A DNA stretch of 64,000 nt, taken from Eledone cirrhosa. Lineage: Eukaryota. Position numbers and translations under genes: made by a program. This document shows positions 48,861-64,000 of the stretch, piece after piece. The stretch lies in assembly GCA_964016885.1 (NCBI GenBank), contig OZ024746.1, forward strand, positions 53,940,001 to 54,004,000. The letters are read 5' to 3'. The notes beneath the pieces were generated by a model, which saw only the letters and a list, made by a program, of their open reading frames with translations, searched no databases and was not told where the DNA came from. Within the stretch, counting starts at the first letter, position 1. Each line of letters opens with the position of its first letter.

Positions 48861-48996
48861 TAGAAGTGGTTACACAACAGTTAGTTCACCATACGGAGAT
48901 GAACTAACTGTTGTGTAACCACTTCTACCTAACTCGTCCCATGGACTGAGTGCTCTACCACTACGGATATTACCTTCCAGTGTTCTACCTCTCTCT
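48861..48996 (+). mobile_element. Miniature fold-back insert (28-bp arms plus ~68-nt tail) in (TA)n
   Basis: TAGAAGTGGTTACACAACAGTTAGTTCA ... TGAACTAACTGTTGTGTAACCACTTCTA. Confidence 0.7.
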
Positions 48997-49003
48997 ATAT
49001 ATA

Positions 49004-50286
<1,283 letters not shown>

Positions 50287-50294
50287 ATATATAT

Positions 50295-51811
50295 ATTGTT
50301 ATATTTGGGGAGGGCCATATTTGCGTAATATTGCCAGAATTAATAACAGAACACACTCACTGTTTGGTTGGTTTTCGCTTCTCGCTGTCTTTTATATATA
50401 TATATCTGCGATCTAACTTACTCGGTCCTCAATGTTGCCATTGACTGACCGGCGGTCAAAAATAATACAGATACAATATAGACACAAACACATATATATA
50501 GTTTACATAATTTACATAAATCTTTCGTTCCACATCTGCAACATCGTCAGTGGTGTTATATTCATTGTTCCTCCTGTTGTGTTGTATGTCTACGCCATTT
50601 TTTTGTTCAGTCTGTCTATATATTTATTTATTTATTTGCTTGTTTGTTTATCTTATTTTATTTTGTCTTCTTTGCGCATGCGTTTGCGTGTGTGTATAGT
50701 GTTATGTGTGATGTGTGACTAGTGTGTATAGTGTTGTGTCTGCTGGGTGACTAGTGTGTGTTTATGTGCTTGTTGTTATTGTGCTTGTGTATGTATTTAT
50801 TTATCTTATTTTATTTAATTTTATTTACTTATTTATACTTCTCTTAGGTCAGTGTTGTTTGTTTGGGTGTTGTTGTTGTTCCACTCATTCTTTCTGTTTA
50901 GCTTTGGTCTTCTAATTTCTATTTCACTGGCCTCTCTGATTTGCCTATCTGCTGGGTCATTCCTATGTTTAGATATTATTCTAATTTCTATGTTGTCTAT
51001 GTTACCGTCATGTTGTTGTCTAGCATGTTCGTATAGTACTGACCCGTTTTTTCGTCCTTTTAGTTCCCCCCAGTGTTGGTCTATCCTTTCACCTATGCTA
51101 CGAGCTGTCTCACCTATGTATGTTGTTGTCATGTTTCTGCAAGTACCCTCTGTACATCTTATGCTATAGACTACGTTTCTAGTTTTACAGTTTATCCGGG
51201 GGTTCACCTTACATATGATACATTTCCTATTGGTACAGTGGGTTTTCTTAAAAGGGTAGGTTTTGCTGATCAGGGATTTTATGGTGGTTCCTGGCTTTTC
51301 TACCACCTTTATTTTTAAGTGGGTCTTTCTCAGGGCCTTTCTACACTGGTTAGCTAATTTCCCTCCAGGGGTGGCGTCCACAAACATGACACTCTGATAT
51401 CTCTGGTTGTCGTACCATGATGAGGCCTTCCCTATCTTATGTCTAGCCCTATCTAAGCTATTCCATGATTTGCTCCTGTATAGTGGGCAAATTCCTTTCA
51501 TGTCCAGTTCTATGAGGGTCTTATACTTTTCCATGGTTCCTTCGTATACTCTGACTCTGTCTCTTTGGTTGTAGCCAGAGAATTGCATGCGGTTGATGAA
51601 GTGTTGGATGTGTCCTTCCATTTCTGTTGGGTCGCACATGCTGGACACATTCTTCATCACTCGTACCAAATCTGCGATCAGAATATTAAACTTAGCACTA
51701 CTGGACATTGCTGAGTTTTTGAGTATCAGGTATTTGGAGGCCATGGGTTTAGCATAGTGTGAGTGGAGAATTTGGGCTCTCTCGTCTATAGTGTTAATCC
51801 AAAACTAATTC
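50295..51811 (-). mobile_element. PLE family 2 fragment: RT thumb, Cys linker, GIY-YIG (ORF 50833-~51795) and 3' UTR
   Basis: HSHYAKPMAS...SA...K; CxxxxCxxC...C; NVVYSIRC...YIGETARS...R...H; RQIREA...LNRKNEW. Confidence 0.88.
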
Positions 51812-51818
51812 ATCGCCG

Positions 51819-51868
<50 letters not shown>

Positions 51869-51998
51869 ATACTTTGGGAGGGTCATGTTGCCAAAAAGAA
51901 ACACACGCACCAATTGCATTCACTCCAATTTATTATGAATTAAAACATTCCTTCAAAAAAGAATTTTTTTAAATATATATATAATTAAAATTTTTTTT

Positions 51999-52088
<90 letters not shown>

Positions 52089-52099
52089 TATGTATGTAT

Positions 52100-52365
52100 G
52101 TAAAATGTAAACAGAAATAACAACACAATCGTTACAGTATATAGAAGGAATATATCAGGTTATATTCAACATGAATTGACCTGTTATTTTTATCTAAAGA
52201 CATTTTTTCCTATTAAAACCCGCCCGTCCCCTCAATCTATCTTATTTCTCATTCTTTCTTCTCATGAAAGACTAGCGTCCGAAACGTCAATACCCTCTTC
52301 CTGCTACGCAGTCCAGAATTAGCCGTCCAAACGGCTTGAGCTCAGCCGTCGGGGTCCTACTCGTT

Positions 52366-52414
<49 letters not shown>

Positions 52415-52515
52415 ATACTTTGGGAGGGTCATGTTGCCAATAAGAAACACACGCACCAATTACTTTCACTCCAATTTATTATAAATTAAAAAAATTCCTT
52501 CAAAAAATTTTTTTT

Positions 52516-52599
<84 letters not shown>

Positions 52600-52865
52600 T
52601 ATATATATATGTAAAAGTTCTATTTAAATTGTTGGGATACAAAACAAGCAAATATTTTTATAACTGATATAAAGCACTCGGATCCTGGAGCTTCCAACAG
52701 TAATGGTTGCATTCTTTAAGGGTATGTCAATATTCATTTATAAAACTGCTCTATATTATATTTTATCTGATGAAAGCACACCATAATTTAACTTGGTGTC
52801 CTTGAAATATGTATAATGAAATAAATATGCTTTTATAAATATAGTTTCCATTTGTTAATATCGTC

Positions 52866-52898
<33 letters not shown>

Positions 52899-53113
52899 GT
52901 AAAATGTAAACATAAATAACAACACAATCGTTACAGTATATAGAAGGAATATATCAGGTTAACACTTGAAGTAGCAGGAAGAGGGTCTTGACGTTTCGGA
53001 CGCTAGTCTTTCATGAGAAGAAAGAATGAGAAATAAGATAGATTGAGGGGACGGGCGGGTTTTAATAGGAAAACATGTCTTTAGATAAAAATAACAGCTC
53101 CATTCATGTTGAC
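52100..53113. mobile_element. Two copies of a PLE-type end (52100-52307 tail plus inverted body; 52899-53113 colinear, minus) with degenerate HHR
   Basis: Shared 62-bp start; body in opposite orientation in the two copies. tctt-CTCATGA-aagac(tagc)gtcc-GAAA-c-GTC-aaga. Confidence 0.6.
52761..52821 (+). ncRNA. Minimal type I hammerhead (same family as 3338-3399) within insert 52611-52865
   Basis: ttttat-CTGATGA-aagcacacca/tggtgtcctt-GAAA-tatgt-ATA-atgaaa. Confidence 0.75.
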
Positions 53114-53313
53114 ATCTCCTGGACAAGTGTTGGGGCTGCCGTTTTGTGAATGATTTATTTATTTTTAGGAAAGTGGATGATGGAGCGCGTCTACCTGAAA
53201 TGGAAAAAAAAAACGTTTTGTAAAAAGAGCTATACTTGTGCACGTGCATAATCAGGTGTGGGTGTCTGTGTATCTGTGTGTGTGTGTGCGTGTGCGTGCG
53301 TGTGTGCGCGCGC

Positions 53314-53369
<56 letters not shown>

Positions 53370-53771
53370 CTGTGTGTGTGTGTTATTATACGTCTGTACG
53401 AAGCTAAGAAGAAATGTGTGTGTATATCTAAGTAAAATAGTGTGTATGCATGAAAGTACGAAGCTATGAGCAAAAGTATGTTAATATAAGGGTGTGTATG
53501 TGTGTATACAGAGCTGTGAAGGGAAAAGTGGAGTGTGCATATTTTGTCGTCTGTATTAGTTGTAAGAGAAGATGTATATGATCATGAGAGGGCGACAGGT
53601 GTCTAGGGGTGAATGTAGAAGCGCGTGTAACAAAGGACGGGATATTAAAGAAATTGGGGAGGCGAGTTGAGTCCAAGAAAGGAATAGGATCCAAGGCGGT
53701 GAATCAGATTCTGTTCAGTCATGGTGCGCGAGGACTGTGATCAACACACACACACATATATATATATAAAT

Positions 53772-53829
<58 letters not shown>

Positions 53830-54317
53830 TTACATATATAATAATTGTTTCTACTTTTGGCACAAGGCCAGCAAATAACCCAGTGCATTACTGGTACTTT
53901 ATTTTATCGATCCCGTAAGGATGAAATAATAATGAGTTATTGCCCGACAATTGACTTTGTGCCGTTATGACAGGCGTTGAAAGTGCAACAACTCAGCCGT
54001 TGAGCAGCAACTCATTTCAATACCTGCACTCTACTTACGTAAATATCAAGTACTAAGCTTAACAATGGTCTCACTATTCTAAACTGTTAACTCCAAATCT
54101 ACACACACACACACATGTATATATATAAATATATGTGTGTGTGTTTTTCAGAAGATCCCGCTTACGGTGAAAGCAGTAATTTATGCTTATACTTTTAATC
54201 TGTATTAATAATAAATATTTGCTTCAAGGGATAACATATACTTATATATACATACATACAATCCTTATCGAGTCCTCTTCGGATTTTGGTCTTTGTATTT
54301 ATTATTATTATGTATTA

Positions 54318-54502
54318 GGGCGGTGGATTGGCAGTATCGGTAGAGGGTCGCACGCCATGCTTTGACGCATAGAGTTACGGCCATTCTGAGTTCAAATCCC
54401 GCCGAGGTTAACTTTGCCTTTCATCCTTACGGGGTCGATAAAATAAAGTACCAGTAATGTACTGGGTAATTTATGGCCTTGTGCCAATAGTAGAAACAAT
54501 TA
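54318..54502 (+). mobile_element. SINE family 1 (partial minus copy also at 53842-53925)
   Basis: Full-length copy. Confidence 0.85.
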
Positions 54503-54528
54503 TGTATATATGTATATATGTATATATG

Positions 54529-54559
<31 letters not shown>

Positions 54560-55764
54560 AGGTATGTATGTGTATGTGTATGTGTGTGTGTATATACCTT
54601 AATACATATACACTCACATGTATATGTGAGTGTATATATGTATGTGTATGTGTGTTATTTCAGTGCATACAGCATAGTATTCTCCAGAGATGTGCACACT
54701 TTATATTATTAATAAGCCGAATTAGTCAGTCAAATATTTGACAAGTCAGGGCCTTATAATTTCAGGTATATTTGATGGGCCTCTACAGAGTCTCTGTCTA
54801 CCCAGATTTACCCTCTAGGCTAGGATCGATCGTGTTTATAGAAGAGAAACTTGTGCAAGAAATTACGTTCAGCCATACTTTCACCCATACACTCTACTCC
54901 ATTAATCCTCTAAAAGCATCGAAGTGTCGAGTGGGGGTGTTAAATGGGATGACTAATTAAATATACCACTTAAGAACATATATCTTCCTGTAGATGTGCT
55001 TCCATGCATCTTCCGTCTCTCAAATATGTCTTACAATGCTTGGGTTGACCCGAGATTAGTTAAAGAAGAAATCATTTGTTCAAGATACCATGCAGTTGTG
55101 TGTGACATCTCATATCTATGCAGGTTTAGCTGGCCTCCTCCGAGGTATATCTCGTTGTATCTTGGGTAACTTAATGATAGGGACCCCAGTCCTATCATCT
55201 CATTTCTATAGCTGAGCAAACTGGAGCAACGTGAAATAAAGTGTCTTGCTCAAGGAAACAACACATCACCCTGTCCAAGAATTGAACTCACAACCTTTCG
55301 ATTGCAAGCCCAATGATCTAACCACTAAGCCATGCGCCTTCGCAGTTGGATCAAACTTTATCCATATCACATGATTGTGAAAATAATTCCTTAACCACAT
55401 ATCCATGCCTGTGTCGATATGGTAGAAATTAGGGTTAGGGTGGTGCTGCAAGGCGGCGAAATAGAAATTATTCTTTTGGATAGAATACGTTGTATTCGTT
55501 CTGGTTTTCTGCTCTCGGGGAAGGTCAACTTAGGCTCTTTGTCAATTCGAGGTCGATAAAATACACCGGTTAAGGACCGGTGTTGATTCTTCTTCTGTAT
55601 CTCTTTCTCACTTCAATTCTCTCACTCTCTCTGTCCTTCTCTGGAAGAAATCTGCTTATTCAGACCTGGAGAGGTATGGGCCCCGTCAGGCTTTTAAATG
55701 ACCAAGAAACCTCATTATGGGAGCAGGAGATAGGGGATCATGCATGCACTGGTATATAATGATG

Positions 55765-56970
55765 GTATGATGATGATGATGATGATGTAGTTGTTGGTGG
55801 TGATGGTACTGATGGTGGGGATGATGATGATTATGCTACTGCGCATCGTGGTCGTGTTGATGATGACGACGACGAAGAAACGGATAAGGAAGATGATAGT
55901 AATGATGATGGAGATGATGATGATGGTGGTGGTTGTGGTATTGGTAGTATTGCGGTGGTGGTGGTGGTGGTAGTTGTGTTGGTGGTAGTAGTGGTGGTCG
56001 TGATGATGATGATGGAGATGATGAATAAGTTGGTGGGGGAAGTGGAGGTTGTGGTGATGCTGATGATGATGGAGATGATGAAGATGTTGGTGGTGGTGGT
56101 GGCTGTGGTGGTGGTGGTGGTGGTAGTTGTGGTGGTAGTAGTGGTGGTGATGATGATGATGATGATGGAGATGATGAAGACGTTGGTGGGGGAAGTGGGG
56201 GTTGTGGTGGTGGTGGTGGTGATGATGATGATGATGATGATGGAGATGATGAAGACGTTGGTGGTGGTGGAGGTTGTGGTGGTGGTGGTGGAGGTTGTGG
56301 TGGTTGTGGTGGTGGTGGTAGTTGTGGTGGTGGTAGTGGTGGTGATGATGATGATGTTGATGATGGAGATGATGAAGACGTTGGTGGTGGTGGAGGTTGT
56401 GGTGGTGGTGATGGTGGTAGTTGTGGTGGTGGTAGTAGTGGGGGTGATGATGATGATGATGATGATGATGGAGATGATGAAGACGTTGGTGGTGGTGGAG
56501 GTTGTGGTGGTGGTAGTAGTGGTGGTGATGATGATGATGATGATGGAGATGATGAAGACGTTGGTGGTGGTGGAGGTTGTGGTGGTGGTGGTGGTGGTAG
56601 TTGTGGTGGTGGTAGTAGTGGGGGTGATGATGATGATGATGATGGAGATGATGAAGACGTTGGTGGTGGTGGAGGTTGTGGTGGTGGTGGTAGTTGTGGT
56701 GGTGGTAGTATTGGGGGTGATGATGATGATGATGATGGAGATGATGAAGACGTTGGTGGTGGAGGAGGCTGTGGTGGTGGTGGTGGTAGTTGTGGTGGTG
56801 GTAGTATTGGGGGTGATGATGATGATGATGATGGAGATGATGAAGACGTTGGTGGGGGAAGTGGAGGTTGTGGTGGTGGTGGTGTTGATAATGATGATGA
56901 TGATGATGATGGAGATGATGAAGACGTTGGTGGTGGTGGAGGTTGTGGTGGTGGTGCTGATAATGATGAT
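55765..56970. repeat. Compound ~55-65-bp minisatellite: (GAT)n-GGAGATGATGAAGACGTT-(GGT)n
   Basis: About 15 units; explains the Val/Met/Thr ORFs. (GAA)n follows at 57048-57107. Confidence 0.92.
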
Positions 56971-57202
56971 GTATATATGTGATACTATACTGGTATGCAA
57001 GTGTGCTGGATAATAGTAATGCTGTAACTCAACAATTAAGGAGAAGAAAGAAGAAGAAGAAGAAGAAGAAGAAGAAGAAGAAGAAGAAGAAGAAGAAGAA
57101 GAAGAAGATATGGCGGGGAATGTGGGACAGTGCGATAAGGAGGCGAACAATTGCAAGGTGGAACCAAGGTATATATCTGAAGTATAGATAGGTGTGGATA
57201 CC

Positions 57203-57277
<75 letters not shown>

Positions 57278-57334
57278 TATATACATACACACACACACAC
57301 ATATATATATATATACACACATATATACATATAC

Positions 57335-57421
<87 letters not shown>

Positions 57422-57671
57422 TATATACATATACATATGTATATATATATATATTATCTATATATATGTTATATATCTATATCTTATATATATAACATAT
57501 ATACACACACACATGTATATATATATATATTATATATATATATATATGTTGTAGATATATATAATATATATAACATATATAACATATATATTATATATGT
57601 TATATTTGTATATATATGTTATATATATATGTGTGTGTGTGTGTGTGTATATTTGTTATATATATATATAT

Positions 57672-57773
<102 letters not shown>

Positions 57774-58109
57774 GAGAGAGAGAGTGAGGGTGGAGGTTGA
57801 GAGGATGAAAGGAAATAGATGTAAGGGAATGGGGATAAGTAGAGAGAGATATGTGTTGAAGCAGACTAATGGATGTTAAACATAGACTAGAGAAGAAACA
57901 ATAGCAGAACGTTTGAAGAAGGTGGTGACGTGATTGTGTAAGCATAATGCTGTGTTTGTTTGTGGCTGTGTATATATATGTACGTGTATATGTATACACA
58001 CACACACGAGCATGTATATGCATATGTTGGGTCGTCAATTATAACATTTTTAGTGAGGCATATAGTCAACTGTTTCTTTTCTGCAAATTTCATACTTGAC
58101 GATGATGAC

Positions 58110-58202
<93 letters not shown>

Positions 58203-58812
58203 CTGTATGGGTTAATTAATGTTCGGTAAACCCATATGTCCATATATATGTGTGCATGTATGTATGTATATACATACTACTGTACGTCTGTATACATATA
58301 TGTATGTACGTATACATACTTATTTTTATATATCAAGCCCTACTAAGAGTGACAAATGAAATTTCATTTTTTCCATTTATATATATATATATATATGTAT
58401 ATATCGAGAAATTGGGATTTCGATAGTAGATAGAGGTGCGTTTAAATATACATAAAGGCATAGAGACAAGCAGGACTATTGTGTGTTCGTATGTATCATA
58501 TATTTAAATAAAAAAAGTAACTGTAATCTTAAAGTTTCACCGAAATTCCTCTTTTTGCTGATCTAAATCCATTGCATTTATATATTCAGCCACATACCGT
58601 GTATATATACACACACAGACACACGTTTATATAGTTTCTTTAAATCCATCAGCTAATGACCTCCACCCATCCCATTCACTACCCTTTCCTACCAACAGAA
58701 AATGTATAAATAGTACCTTATTACAGTCGGTTTTCGTGATGATATCTTCCGAATGAAACAGTTCTAGTCCCGTAGGAGCCATTTCTATATTAAACATATA
58801 TATATATATATA

Positions 58813-58999
58813 TAGGAAAAAGTATGACCCCAACGGCAGAGCTCAAGCCGTTTCGACGGCTATTTCTGGAAATAGTCGTCGAAACGGCTTGAGCTCTGTC
58901 GTCGGGGTCATACTTTTTCCTATTACCCACTCTACTACCCTAACTATTGAGTACTCTGGTGCGTTATGGTCCATCTGGTTCCTTACCACAATTCCTTCG

Positions 59000-59002
<3 letters not shown>
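58813..59002 (+). mobile_element. Miniature fold-back 3' end of PLE family 1
   Basis: Arms of ~54 bp ending TTCCTA plus 80-nt tail, in (TA)n. Confidence 0.85.
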
Positions 59003-59072
<70 letters not shown>

Positions 59073-59289
59073 TGTGTGTGTCTGTGTGTGCGTCTGTGTG
59101 TTTGCATATATCAAGAAAGAGAGAAAATGTTAGGAGAGGGAGGTACATTTTAAAATACTTAAAGACATAGGGACGAGCATGCCTATTGTGTGTACGTATG
59201 GGTGTTTAAATATATAAAATATCTGTAATGTATAAATAGATACATATCTGTATACACACAGAAACAAATAGATAAGTATGTGTGTTACA

Positions 59290-59403
<114 letters not shown>

Positions 59404-59812
59404 GACATAACTATGTGTGTTATGTTAATCTGTATTTCACTGAAATAATTTCAGATAGAAAGGGGAGGCTGCCAGCCAAATTCGATCTTGATTGATTGTA
59501 TTTTCTGTGCTGAAATTCCACCATTGTAGAATTGAAAGTCAGCCAAATAAGGTACATAGATTCTATTTTAAAAAAATGAGGAGTTAGAAAAATGTCCATG
59601 ACCTTTGAAGGTCATTTGAGATTGGTAAGGTGTAATTGTTACTTATCCCTGACTAATTAATGTGTTCCAGCTATCCAATCCTTTTCTTGGACAATCTGTA
59701 TTTAGAACTAGATTATCTAATTTGTCCATTTAAAGCAGCATACTGTCAGTGATAAATCCTTTTAGTAACGAACAGACCATAGTACAATGATATATGATAT
59801 TATTGTACCTTG

Positions 59813-60362
59813 AAGAATTGGTAGAGCGTCGGACAATATGCTTAGCATCATATAGTTACATCCCTTTACATTCTGAGTTCAAATCCTGTCGAGGTTAACT
59901 TTGACTTTCATCCTTGCAGGGACGATAAAATAAATCACCATAATGCACTGGGGTCGATTTAACTGACTTTCACCTCCCCCAAAATTGCTGGCCTTTTGCC
60001 TAAAGTAGAAACAATTATAGCTTATATGAGTGGCGGTAAGAAAATCTCAGGAGAGCTGGACAGCAGAATGTCTTCAGGGAAGAACCTCCCTCCGCAGCAA
60101 ATGTTTCGATTACATAGATATTGTACCTGTTACAACTAATTTATTGTAGTTTAGATGAGGGTGTCGGATTGGCAGTATCAATAAAGCTTTGTGGCATAGA
60201 GTTATGGCTCTTTACGTTCTGAGTTCAAATCCCACCGATGTTAGCTTTGCCTTTAATCTTTACGGGGTCGATATAATAAAGCACCAGAAACGCTCTGAGG
60301 TCAATTTAATCGGCTTTCCTCTCTCCCCAAATTGCTGGCCTTGTGTTTATAGTAGAAATCGT
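59813..60362 (+). mobile_element. Two SINE family 1 copies (59813-60017; 60159-60362)
   Basis: A/B boxes and core. Confidence 0.75.
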
Positions 60363-60384
60363 TATTTTTATCTTAGATGATATT

Positions 60385-61020
60385 GCTATTGTAGCTTATA
60401 TAACGTCGTTATTCTAGCTTAGACGTTGTTGCTATTGTAACTTATATGACGTCGTTATTGTAGCTTAGATAACGTTGTTATTGTAACTTATATAACGTAG
60501 ATATTGTAACTTATATAACATCGTTATTGTAGCTTAGATAACGTCGATATTGTAGCTTAGATAACGTCGATATTGTAGCTTACATACCGTCGATATTGTA
60601 GCTTATATAACGTCGATATTGTAACTTATATAACGTCGTTATTGTAGCTTAGATAACGTCGTTATTGTAGCTTAGATAACGTCGATATTGTAGCTTAGAT
60701 AACGTCGATATTGTAGCTTAGATAACGTCGATATTGTAGCTTAGATACCGTCGATATTGTAGCTTATATAACGTCGATATTGTAACTTATATACCGTCGT
60801 TATTGTAGCTTATATAACGTCGATATTGTAACTTATATAACGTCGTTATTGTAGCTTATATAACGTCGATATTGTAGCTTATATAACATCGATATTGTAG
60901 CTTATATAACGTCAATATTGTAACTTATATACCGTCGTTATTGTAGCTTATATAACGTCGATATTGTAACTTATATACCGTCGTTATTGTAGCTTATATA
61001 ACGTCGATATTGTAGCTTAG
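60385..61020. repeat. 22-bp minisatellite TATTGTAGCTTATATAACGTCG (~29 units)
   Basis: Read directly. Confidence 0.95.
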
Positions 61021-61309
61021 AAGATGTCTGTTTACAGAAATATTTTCATATTTTATTATTTATGGGGATTCGATGATCGAGTGTTTGTTTCAAGAATCAG
61101 AGAACGAGACAGAAAAGTGTCGTTACGGTTAAAACAAGAGCTGAGAAGAGAGCATAAACCCTTAATAAATCCTCATCACATTGCTAGAATGCTGGAAGTG
61201 GTTACAACAGCTTCCCGGTTCTGGTGACACCGGCAAGGATAACGGAAGGAAAGTATTGTGCTGTATAGTTGTTGACCTTGTGCCTAAATCAGAAGATATC
61301 ATACTTATT

Positions 61310-61965
61310 AGGTCGGTGGATTGACAGTATCGGTAGAGCATCGGACAACATGCTTCACACAATAGAGTTACGGTCCTCTACGTTCTGAGTTCCAATCCTG
61401 CCGAGGTTAGCATTGCTTTTCATCCTTACGGTCGATAAAATAAAGTACCAGTAACACACTGGGGTCGATTTAATCGACTTCTCCTCCCCCCCAAAAGATT
61501 GTTGGTCTTGTGCCTAAATCAGAAACCATTATTATTATTATTAGGTTGGTGGGTTGGAAGTCGGAGAACATGCTTCGCAGCATGGAGTTACGACTCTTTA
61601 CGTTCTGAGTTCAAATTCTGTCGAGTTTAGCTTTACCTTTCATCGTTACAGGGTTGACTAAATAAAGCAATAAAGCAGCAGTAAGTACTGGGGTCGATTT
61701 AATCGACTTTCCACCTCCCCCAAAATTGCAGGCCTTGTGCCTATAGTAGAAATCATTATCATTATTAACATGATGCGTTGGATTGGCTGTATCGGTAGAG
61801 GGTCGGACGCCATGCTTTGACGCATAGAGTTACGGCCCTTGTCATTACCATTTTGAGTTCAAATCCCGCCGAGGTTAATTTTGCCTTTCATCCTTACGGG
61901 GTCGATAAAATAAAGTACCAGTAATGTACTGGGATGATGGCTTTGTGCCAAAAGTAGAAACAATT
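61310..61965 (+). mobile_element. Three head-to-tail SINE family 1 copies (61310-61530, 61543-61757, 61774-61965)
   Basis: A/B boxes and core in each. Confidence 0.8.
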
Positions 61966-63164
61966 ATTAACATGATGCATGACTTCAAATCTTCCCGATG
62001 TCAACCTTCACCTTCCTATTTGAAAAATCAAACAAAACAACATGTCAGTCATTTACGAGAGTGAGAGAGAGTTTAATATCTTCTCCGATTTCAGCTTAAA
62101 ATTTGAAATACTTATTTTATCTCAGAGGAAAACGTTTCCAGGCCATTCCTTTCAAATGTCCATTTTATTCAGATGCTTATAATTTTGTATTGGCTGTTTA
62201 GTCAGTGCATCCTAGAATACTTTCTTTTTTCAGTGTTAAGGATTGAGAAAGATTTCTTCCAGTGAGAGGCTTGGCAGAGATACCCCAATTTCACGAATCA
62301 AAGTTTTGATATTTTAAATTCCTGCGATGGTGGAACAGTGAAAGTGTGGAAATTATATAGCAACACAATCTCCGGGGATCAACCATTAGATGATCATATT
62401 AAAAAAATATATATATTTTGATTGCTTTTTCTTTCCAGTCAAACATAATTATATTGAATTTGTTCAATGATCTGAGTTGAAATCCCATCTAAGATAAATT
62501 TGACTTTTCTGCTATTGAAGTCGACAAATAAAATACTAGTCCAAGATGGTCGATTTGCGGAATTGTTACAATGTCGGACTAGAGAGTTTTGTGATATTTC
62601 TTTTGGTGAGAGGGCACAATCCACACCTTTGGCTAGGCGGCATATATATTAATTGGGGCTTGCGTTCAACAGCCAGAAGTACCTTTGCATTGGCCATTCC
62701 AATTAGGACTACTCCTTCTTTTTTCAGTCGGGATGCTCTCATCTCAACTTAGTGGAAGAACACGGCAGTCCGAGGAGCGAAGGTTTCTAATTGACCACAG
62801 AATAGTTATTAATACCAAATGTTAGAGGAATTGTTGGGTTTTTATATCAAATAAAAAAGATCATTTCTATTTTTTTTATAACTAATTCCAAAATCAATAC
62901 TACACATAATCGCAGCACTGATCACTTCAAACTAATGCCTAGCGTGACTGATGCATCATGGGGCTAGTTAATATGTTGTTATGGAAACGGTACATTATCT
63001 TCATCCTATGATGTTAGTTGCCTTCTATTGGGAATTAGGTTGTGGTTAAGTATATAATCGTGGCAAGGAACCGCCGATGATTATTATTATTATCGTCTGT
63101 AATGTTTTTCTTGATGTCAGCCCTTGTGGCCAATAAAGAAATAATAATAATAATTATTATTATT

Positions 63165-64000
63165 ATGATTACAGCTGCATTTATCTTGCTTTATGTTCAT
63201 ACGAGTTATCACCAAGTCACAACCAGTGACCTCAAGAGACAACAAGGTCCGCCATGTTCAAGAAAGAACATACATACTCACACATGTATCTTTAGTGTTT
63301 AGACTTGTGATGTACTTATATTGACAGAATCTTCCTTAGTATATGGGCAGTTCCCATTAGTACTATCTTTTGTATTTCTCCTATACGCGGGTTTCCTGAG
63401 ATTTGCGATAAGTAATCATTAGACCCCTTAGGTTGTCAGTGATTCCGCCCCAACCCTGGGATTCGAAGTGTTACAATTTACCTCGTTTTCACTGACACAT
63501 GTTTCATTTTCCCTTCGCTGACTTTGTGCTAATAGCTTGATCTTATCAATTTCTATATCAGTTAGTAACAATTCTTTTACAATATTTCTTCGTATATTGG
63601 CTAGTTTGTTACTGTCAATATAGCCTCTGTTTTCGGGATGTTTCTTTTTCCAGTTGATATATGTCTGTTCTGTATTCAATGTATTTGATGGGTAGTACAT
63701 GGCAGTGTAGAAAGCCTCAAGGACTTCTTTATTATCTTCCCTTGACCATTTTTCTCTCTTTTTCTTTGGATTTCTTGGTGGTGAGCATGGAGGGCCAACA
63801 GTAGGAGTATTCCGGTTATGGGAGGTCTCCAGCTCCGAAGTGATGGGAAAGTTTGAACCATTAGCTGATTTTTCGACCCCAGTCTGGTTCCTCTCTGAGG
63901 GACGCGGCCCTTTTTTACTCGGGTGACGGCCGATCCGGTATGAGATTTTATCATTAGACATTTACTTTATTTTGTCGCGTTTTATCCTTATCCGCCAAGG
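63165..64000 (-). mobile_element. Internally deleted R4/Dong-type element (N-terminal domain joined to last ~37 codons; no RT/REL)
   Basis: ORF 63428-63961 (KWSREDNKEV...KLANIRRNIVK..LLTDIEI). Another frame then gives ...EIQKIVLMGTAHILRKILSI* (stop 63316-63318), followed by 3' UTR and TAA repeats. Confidence 0.75.

Noticed and set aside
55428-55440. TTAGGG telomeric repeat
   Set aside because: Only two units; expected by chance.
58725-58775. GTGATGA...GAAAC...GTC hammerhead-like motif
   Set aside because: No stem I pairing and C3 is absent.
62232-62360. Candidate exon after a strong polypyrimidine-AG
   Set aside because: Stops in all three frames and no clear donor.

Overview
Eukaryotic, AT- and microsatellite-rich, gene-poor DNA. 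The two tRNA-derived SINE families resemble those of octopod cephalopods (inference). No confident host gene is present, and almost all entries in the ORF track are (TA)n/(CA)n/(CCA)n artefacts. Real coding relics are all retroelements: two Penelope-like element (PLE) families (RT and/or GIY-YIG), a CR1-group LINE (an intact APE-RT reading frame at ~37272-40280 plus a decayed inverted copy), an RTE 3' fragment ending in three C2H2 fingers, an R4/Dong-type RT-REL element sitting in (TAA)n, an internally deleted R4/Dong derivative, and Tx1-, CRE- and RTE-like scraps. The main hidden signal is a dense set of type I hammerhead ribozymes (HHRs) from about 6-8 unrelated sequence families, all on elements inserted in (TA)n tracts. 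The centrepiece is a near-perfect non-coding array of 11.4 x 474 bp (24472-29880) with one minimal HHR per unit, i.e. a retrozyme-like element. It carries the PLE insertion signature (inverted 5' arm starting at a fixed TA plus an unpaired 3' tail) and shows a 5-unit higher-order variant pattern (ABBAB-ABBAB-AB). All coordinates and foldings were read by eye and may be off by a few bases.
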